DNA of 20,000 bases from an uncultured virus (IMG/VR IMGVR_UViG_3300020214_001677). Its lineage: Duplodnaviria > Heunggongvirae > Uroviricota > Caudoviricetes. Positions within the stretch are counted from its first letter, which is position 1. Each line of letters starts with the position of its first letter. A program made the position numbers and the translations under genes. Under the pieces are notes generated by a model. It ran no database searches, was not told where the DNA came from, and worked only from the letters and a program-made list of their open reading frames with translations. The stretch is from IMG/VR virus record IMGVR_UViG_3300020214_001677, one strand, 5' to 3'. Below are positions 15,544 through 20,000 of this stretch, piece after piece.

Positions 15544-16182
15544 TTATTCGTGCTGGAGTTTGTCTTCCATTTTTGCTTGCCAAACCAGTTTACTGATTTC
15601 TTGGCTTGGTCGGCCGAGGAAGTCTTCGAGGAGCTCAAACACATTTCCGCAGCTGTAGCCGACGCGTTTTTCCGCGCCGTCTCCAGTATTTGGTGTGATT
15701 GGTTCCCACTCGATGACATAGCAATACACGTCGTATCCAGCCTTATCCAGACTGTTCGCAACGTTCTTCATCTTACCAAAAAGACGATTGTCTTCGTCCT
15801 TGGTCATTGTTTGCCCATTCTGAGGAGTCCACACGAAGTGAATTTTCAGATTGATTTCGTGTTCAGTGTGGTCGCCGGTCAAGTGGTTCCAGAAGTAACC
15901 ATCGTATGAGGTAACCCAGTACACCGTGTTCCACACACCGGTTCTGATGTATGTCTTCAGCGTTTGACTTGCCTGCTTCATGATCAACTCGAACATTTCG
16001 CTGTCATTGGCAATTGCTGCCTTGACCGCTTGTTTGTTGCAGTTGATCCATTGTCCAAGCGAAACGCAAGAACGAATGCCGGGGCGTTCGTCCTCTGTCC
16101 GCTTTCCGTCATGACGCCGTGCTACCACAGCATCCATGACTTTGCTCATGAACTCCATGAGCATCCTGTACATTGCTTCCAT
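15544..16182 (-). CDS. Hypothetical 212-aa protein
   Basis: RBS AAGGAGG within the shared leader; no family recognised. Confidence 0.8.
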   Translation of the reverse strand: MEAMYRMLMEFMSKVMDAVVARRHDGKRTEDERPGIRSCVSLGQWINCNKQAVKAAIANDSEMFELIMKQASQTLKTYIRTGVWNTVYWVTSYDGYFWNHLTGDHTEHEINLKIHFVWTPQNGQTMTKDEDNRLFGKMKNVANSLDKAGYDVYCYVIEWEPITPNTGDGAEKRVGYSCGNVFELLEDFLGRPSQEISKLVWQAKMEDKLQHE

Positions 16183-16246
16183 TGTTGTGGGCCCTCCTTG
16201 GACCCTTGACTAGCGGTCACCTTTTGATGACCTAAAAACTAGTCAT

Positions 16247-16287
16247 AAAGAAAAAGGGTGGCCCCCCAGAGGGTAAGGGACCACCCT
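16247..16287 (-). terminator. Rho-independent terminator; near-duplicate at 19762-19801
   Basis: AGGGTGG...CCAGAGGGTAAGGG...CCACCCT followed by TTTTCTTT on the minus strand. Confidence 0.7.
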
Positions 16288-16332
16288 AATTCTCCTGTAG
16301 GTAGTTGGCTCGTGCCAATCAACTACTTACAT

Positions 16333-16803
16333 TCAGCTGTAGATCTTCTTCTTGATTATTTGATCGAGAAGAGCTTCTACAGCATCTGCCGGAATGTGCT
16401 CAACGACTTTCTCGTCGTCAAACACCTTTCTCCAGTCTTTGCTCTGAACGACTTTCAGTTCGTCATCGCACTCAAGGACGAGTAGCGGTGAGCTCACTGA
16501 GATCATCCAGATACCGCTGGAAAACACCATGTACCACTTCTCAGAGTCGTCAAGCTTGACGATATCCCCAAAGTAGTACCCAAGTGCCGTTGGCGGTTCC
16601 CAGACTGGGTTCTTTTTGCCCATCAGACCCCTGATTTCAGGCCTGATGCTTGTCCACCAGAACTCCTGGAAAGAATACGCAAGATCTGCGTACGCCTCCA
16701 TTGCGAGATTCCAGTGCTTGTTGATGGCTTCGGCATTGATCACCGAAACCAGGGTCACAACGCCCAAGAAGAGCGTTGCCATCACTACCAGGAAGATATC
16801 CAT
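16333..16803 (-). CDS. 156-aa protein with N-terminal TM/signal segment
   Basis: IFLVVMATLFLGVVTLVSVI; purine-rich RBS. Confidence 0.75.
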   Translation of the reverse strand: MDIFLVVMATLFLGVVTLVSVINAEAINKHWNLAMEAYADLAYSFQEFWWTSIRPEIRGLMGKKNPVWEPPTALGYYFGDIVKLDDSEKWYMVFSSGIWMISVSSPLLVLECDDELKVVQSKDWRKVFDDEKVVEHIPADAVEALLDQIIKKKIYS

Positions 16804-16983
16804 GATGGATACCCCCTTTCTCCCTTTCGGGAAATGTGCGACACTTGTTGATTAGGTGTGTCGCTCATACCTGGCACGATAACTAGAGACCTAAGTCCTA
16901 GTCATAAAGAAAAAGGGGCCGAAGCCCCTTCTTCTTCTCTTGGTCAGGCGACATGGTGATCGCCATCATGTGTCATGGAAGAA

Positions 16984-17187
16984 TTACTTCTTCCCTTTCG
17001 GCTTGCTGTTCTTGTGGAAGCGCCGCCAGTTACGGCGATACTCCCAAGGAGCACGCAGACCGTAGCCGTTCCTCGGATGAACGGCTTCCATCTGCGGCAG
17101 GTACTCAAGCGTGTTGATGTACCCGGCGCCAGTCAAGCCGCGCCGACGCTTTGGGTTCTGCGTGGTAGCCGACTTCTTCCGTGCCAT
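16984..17187 (-). CDS. 67-aa basic protein
   Basis: RBS AAAGGA; fills one repeat-bounded cassette. Confidence 0.7.
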   Translation of the reverse strand: MARKKSATTQNPKRRRGLTGAGYINTLEYLPQMEAVHPRNGYGLRAPWEYRRNWRRFHKNSKPKGKK

Positions 17188-17304
17188 TGGTTTTTCCTTT
17201 CTTGACTAGCGATCTCAGATTAGAGACCTAAAAACTAGCCATAAAGAAAAAGGGGCCGAAGCCCCTCTTCCTGTTGGCTGATCCCAACTCTTGGTAAAGT
17301 AGTA

Positions 17305-17529
17305 TCACTTACCTACTTTGTAGCTCGCTATCCATGACTTGATCTCATCAAGTAGCGTTATTACCTTGGCGGTCTTGTTGCCCTTACCATCAAAGGTGTA
17401 GACAACCGTACCTCTTCGGTAACGAAATTCCTGACGATATGCTTTCGCATCTCGCCTTTCGTTTCGCCACATGAGGAAATCAAATACGAGGCCTCTGTAA
17501 AAGCCTCGTACCTTATTCCAGTTGGACAT
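17305..17529 (-). CDS. 74-aa hypothetical protein (start MSNWNK)
   Basis: RBS AAGGAG; the longer 124-aa call would read through the non-coding repeat. Confidence 0.7.
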   Translation of the reverse strand: MSNWNKVRGFYRGLVFDFLMWRNERRDAKAYRQEFRYRRGTVVYTFDGKGNKTAKVITLLDEIKSWIASYKVGK

Positions 17530-17590
17530 TGCTTTCTTCTCCTTGCCTTTTACGGCGTTGGTTTTAGCTAGCCTAATGACTAACCATAAA

Positions 17591-17705
17591 AAAAAACTGG
17601 ATTTACTAGTTATGTACTCATCTCTGACAAAGAAGCGGAGAGGGGAGCCGAACGCATCCCCTCGCCTATGAAGAGCCAACCACCGGAAAGCAAGAAACCG
17701 GATGG
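17591..17705 (-). ncRNA. Structured non-coding repeat unit, copy 1 (candidate sRNA)
   Basis: Bounded by two class A cores; hairpins GAGGGGA/TCCCCTC and CCGG/CCGG; ends in a T-run on the minus strand. Confidence 0.55.
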
Positions 17706-17754
17706 CTAGCCATAAAGAAAAAGGGACCGAAGCCCCTCTTTCTTATCACCTGAA

Positions 17755-17967
17755 TTAGAGTTCAAATTTCTCTAGTTCAGTTTGCTTCCTTGCCAACAAG
17801 ATGCCAATCCTGCAGCACTCATCACAAACCCTACGAAATTCTTCGTCCACTTCATCGTTTCTTCCTCTTCCCTGACTATTCCAAAGAATCCGCTGCCTAC
17901 CCAGCATTTCTATCCATTGCAATCTGAGATCAAATTCTTCCTCAAATAAATCGAATAAGTCCTTCAT
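17755..17967 (-). CDS. 70-aa helical hypothetical protein
   Basis: Shared leader with RBS AGGAGG. Confidence 0.75.
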   Translation of the reverse strand: MKDLFDLFEEEFDLRLQWIEMLGRQRILWNSQGRGRNDEVDEEFRRVCDECCRIGILLARKQTELEKFEL

Positions 17968-18021
17968 TGTTCTGAGCCCTCCTAAGACCCTTAACTAAGA
18001 AACCATATTCCTAGTCATAAA

Positions 18022-18134
18022 AAAAACTGGATTTGCTAGTAATGTACTCATCTCGACAAAGAAGCGCAGAGGAGAGCCGAACGCATCTCCTCGCCTATGA
18101 AGAGCCAACCACCGGAAAGCAAGAAACCGGATGG
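18022..18134 (-). ncRNA. Structured non-coding repeat unit, copy 2
   Basis: As copy 1, with compensatory stem variant GAGGAGA/TCTCCTC. Confidence 0.55.
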
Positions 18135-18224
18135 CTAGCAATAAAGAAAAAGGGGCCGAAGCCCCTTCTTCTTCTCTTGGTCAGGCGGCAAGGTGACCGC
18201 CATCATGATCACAACGAAATTGGT

Positions 18225-18554
18225 TTATTCAACCAAATCGTCGATGGAATCTGAACTATTCAGCAACAAATAGTCCAAAGATTCCTTGGGTGGCGTTACT
18301 ACACCTCGGTAGACGCGGTCGACCCACGAAAACCTCATTGCAGTATCCAACTGGCCCCAGAGAATAACGCCTAGGTGGATCACTTTGTAGTAATCCCCGA
18401 CGGTTCGCTTGAGCTGCAAGGAGAGACCTTGTGGCGTGCAGGATGCCCACACACTTGTGTCGATCTCAACTTGCCAGTCTGGAAGCGTCTTGTTCACTTC
18501 CAGAACCAAGTCAGAAAGCCACTGCTTCATTTCCGGCTTGCTGTAGCCAGCCAT
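18225..18554 (-). CDS. 109-aa hypothetical protein
   Basis: RBS AAGGAG; fills one cassette. Confidence 0.8.
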   Translation of the reverse strand: MAGYSKPEMKQWLSDLVLEVNKTLPDWQVEIDTSVWASCTPQGLSLQLKRTVGDYYKVIHLGVILWGQLDTAMRFSWVDRVYRGVVTPPKESLDYLLLNSSDSIDDLVE

Positions 18555-18629
18555 GAGCAGCTCCTTCCCTCTACTATCTTTTAGGCGCAGTAGAGCTGCC
18601 TAGCCAGAGACCTTTACTCTAGCCATAAA

Positions 18630-18742
18630 AAAAAACTGGATTTACTAGTTATGTACTTATCCCTGACAAAGAAGCACGGAGGGGAGCCGAACGCATCCCC
18701 TCACAGAAGAGCCAACCACCCGGAAAGCAAGAAACCGGATGG
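18630..18742 (-). ncRNA. Structured non-coding repeat unit, copy 3
   Basis: As copy 1, with small indels outside the main stem. Confidence 0.55.
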
Positions 18743-18750
18743 CTAGCAAT

Positions 18751-18800
18751 AAAAAGAGAGGGTGCCTCAACGCCAGTGGTTAGTTGGCGTTGAAGCACCC
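18751..18800 (-). terminator. Long-stem Rho-independent terminator
   Basis: Minus GGGTGCTTCAACGCCA-N9-TGGCGTTGAGGCACCC followed by TCTCTTTTT. Confidence 0.75.
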
Positions 18801-18893
18801 CTTCGGTATGTTGCAGGCTGCTCTTTTATTGATCCTGCGCTTCGGGTCGCAAAACCAATTATTCAGCCCTTATTTAAGGGAAGGCAGCTGAGC

Positions 18894-19124
18894 TTAGCTC
18901 AGTGCGCGGTCAAATTCCGCAATGGCCATCATGAGATGCCGACAAGCCGAATCGACGACGCTTACGCGTTCATCGTATTGTGACTTGTAGATCACCTCAA
19001 CGAGGTTGTTGACCTCCACAGAAAGCCTCGCCAGTTCCATGACAGCGTCACGAACCCCGGCAAAGGTTTCCTGTAAGGCTTGCGGAAACCGCTCTGGGTG
19101 AGTACCCAAAACGTCACCTCTCAC
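18894..19124 (-). CDS. 76-aa helical hypothetical protein
   Basis: GTG start overlapping the end of the upstream ORF; start position uncertain. Confidence 0.65.
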   Translation of the reverse strand: MRGDVLGTHPERFPQALQETFAGVRDAVMELARLSVEVNNLVEVIYKSQYDERVSVVDSACRHLMMAIAEFDRALS

Positions 19125-19395
19125 CGAGTTCCCGAATTACGCGTTGGTTGCGGTTTTGAACCGCCCAATGCATGGAATGGTCGATACACCAGTCCAGCTT
19201 TGAGCAGATCTCATCAGCAAGCTTCGCGTACTCGTACTCGCTAGCCTCGTGCATCTGGAAACTCTGTGCACGGAAGTAAGACTGCATCTCGCGAAGCAGC
19301 TTCGTCCATGCAACAGGAGCCTCTTCGATAACACGCGCTTGGCGGTTCGAGTTCGGATCCTCGTTGGAGGCGAAGACCTCAATGTTGTTAAACAT
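19114..19395 (-). CDS. 93-aa hypothetical protein (start MFNNIEVF)
   Basis: RBS AAGGGAG before the ATG at 19395. Confidence 0.7.
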   Translation of the reverse strand: MFNNIEVFASNEDPNSNRQARVIEEAPVAWTKLLREMQSYFRAQSFQMHEASEYEYAKLADEICSKLDWCIDHSMHWAVQNRNQRVIRELGER

Positions 19396-19816
19396 TGAAT
19401 CTTCTCCCTTCTGTCCTTTCGGACAGTTGTGGGCGCAATATAACACGCCCTATATCCAGGTCGTTTCTCACAAGATTAGGTATCCTGTGCCTTCCGCTTG
19501 GATAGAAGCGCCAGGTGTCAAATCTTCATTAACTCCAGCAATAAACCTTCCTTACGAAATTTCAACCACATCTTCTCCAGCACGTTTGGCAGAAGTAGGG
19601 CGAAACCTCAAGTAAGGTATTGCCTTTATTAACGAAGCACCTAGCAGGCATTCCCTACACACAGGGATCGTGCCCGCATCCTCGCGAGCTGTGCTCAGCA
19701 AGGTATGCACTTCGACGGGGGCAGCCCGCCTTCGCTGGCTAGGAACCTTTATCCTAGCAATAAAGAAAAAGGGATGGCCCCCAGAGGGTAAGGGCCATCC
19801 CCCAATCTTTTATTAG

Positions 19817-19984
19817 TTATTTATTCAATTCCAACTTGAAACGAATGTATTCAGATACCGTCATGTTTGCCATCATGGCGTCATCTTCAATAATTTCGTA
19901 TTGCTCAAGGGTCACTGCAAAATGCACGATTCTGCGTTGTTTTGCACAACCGTACTTTTCTCCCGCTAGTGGAATATTAGGCAT
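19817..19984 (-). CDS. 55-aa ribbon-helix-helix DNA-binding protein (MobC/NikA/CopG-like)
   Basis: MPNIPLAGEKYGCAKQRRIVHFAVTLEQYEIIEDDAMMANMTVSEYIRFKLELNK: alternating strand, helix, then the MTVSEYIR helix; RBS AAAGGAG. Below the ORF track cut-off. Confidence 0.75.
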   Translation of the reverse strand: MPNIPLAGEKYGCAKQRRIVHFAVTLEQYEIIEDDAMMANMTVSEYIRFKLELNK

Positions 19985-20000
19985 TGCTGCTCTCCTTTCT

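Larger units (their letters stand above)
9552..19764 (-). repeat. 17 copies of an intergenic core, plus strand CTAG(T/C)(C/A)ATAAA; putative class A promoter and cassette junction
   Basis: Copies start at 9552, 10045, 10580, 11221, 12925, 15074, 15482, 16239, 16898, 17235, 17580 (CTAACC variant), 17706, 18011, 18135, 18619, 18743 and 19754; all intergenic and in one orientation. Confidence 0.9.

Noticed and set aside
17591..18742. Hammerhead, HDV-like ribozyme or tRNA identity for the triple repeat
   Set aside because: No CUGAUGA/GAAA core arrangement, no cloverleaf and no nested pseudoknot that I could identify by eye.
1786..19615. All plus-strand ORFs in the ORF track
   Set aside because: They lie antisense to minus-strand genes or repeat elements and lack recognisable motifs; treated as shadow ORFs.
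9552..19764. CRISPR array interpretation of the repeated core
   Set aside because: The core is only 11 nt, spacing ranges from about 125 to over 2000 nt, the intervals contain genes, and there are no cas genes.
1..20000. Stop-codon reassignment
   Set aside because: Long ORFs (880, 676 and 525 aa) are intact in the standard code, and TAA, TAG and TGA all end genes at cassette boundaries or coupled overlaps.

Overview
A bacteriophage early/accessory region. Essentially every credible gene is on the minus strand; there are no structural, host housekeeping or integrase genes. The centrepiece is an 880-aa ORF (6855..9497) with the motif set of a single-subunit two-barrel (double-psi beta-barrel) RNA polymerase of the YonO/eukaryotic-RdRP type, including a DQDGD catalytic motif, but with the R-x-P motif after rather than before DxDGD. 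The intergenic DNA changes at this gene. Upstream (9.5-20 kb), 17 copies of an 11-nt core (minus TTTATKRCTAG) separate nearly monocistronic cassettes whose leaders and terminators appear shuffled around the core; three cassettes are copies of a ~115-nt structured non-coding element with a compensatory base change. Downstream (3.3-6.7 kb) the core is absent and 7 exact copies of AAAATAGGGG appear. Other recognisable features are tRNA-Arg(UCU), a HicA-like protein, a YspA/SLOG protein, two tandem PcfJ-like proteins, a DnaJ-type zinc finger protein, a ribbon-helix-helix protein, two proteins with SSB-like C-terminal -APF tails and several small peptides missing from the ORF track. All family calls come from motif recognition by eye; no searches were run.
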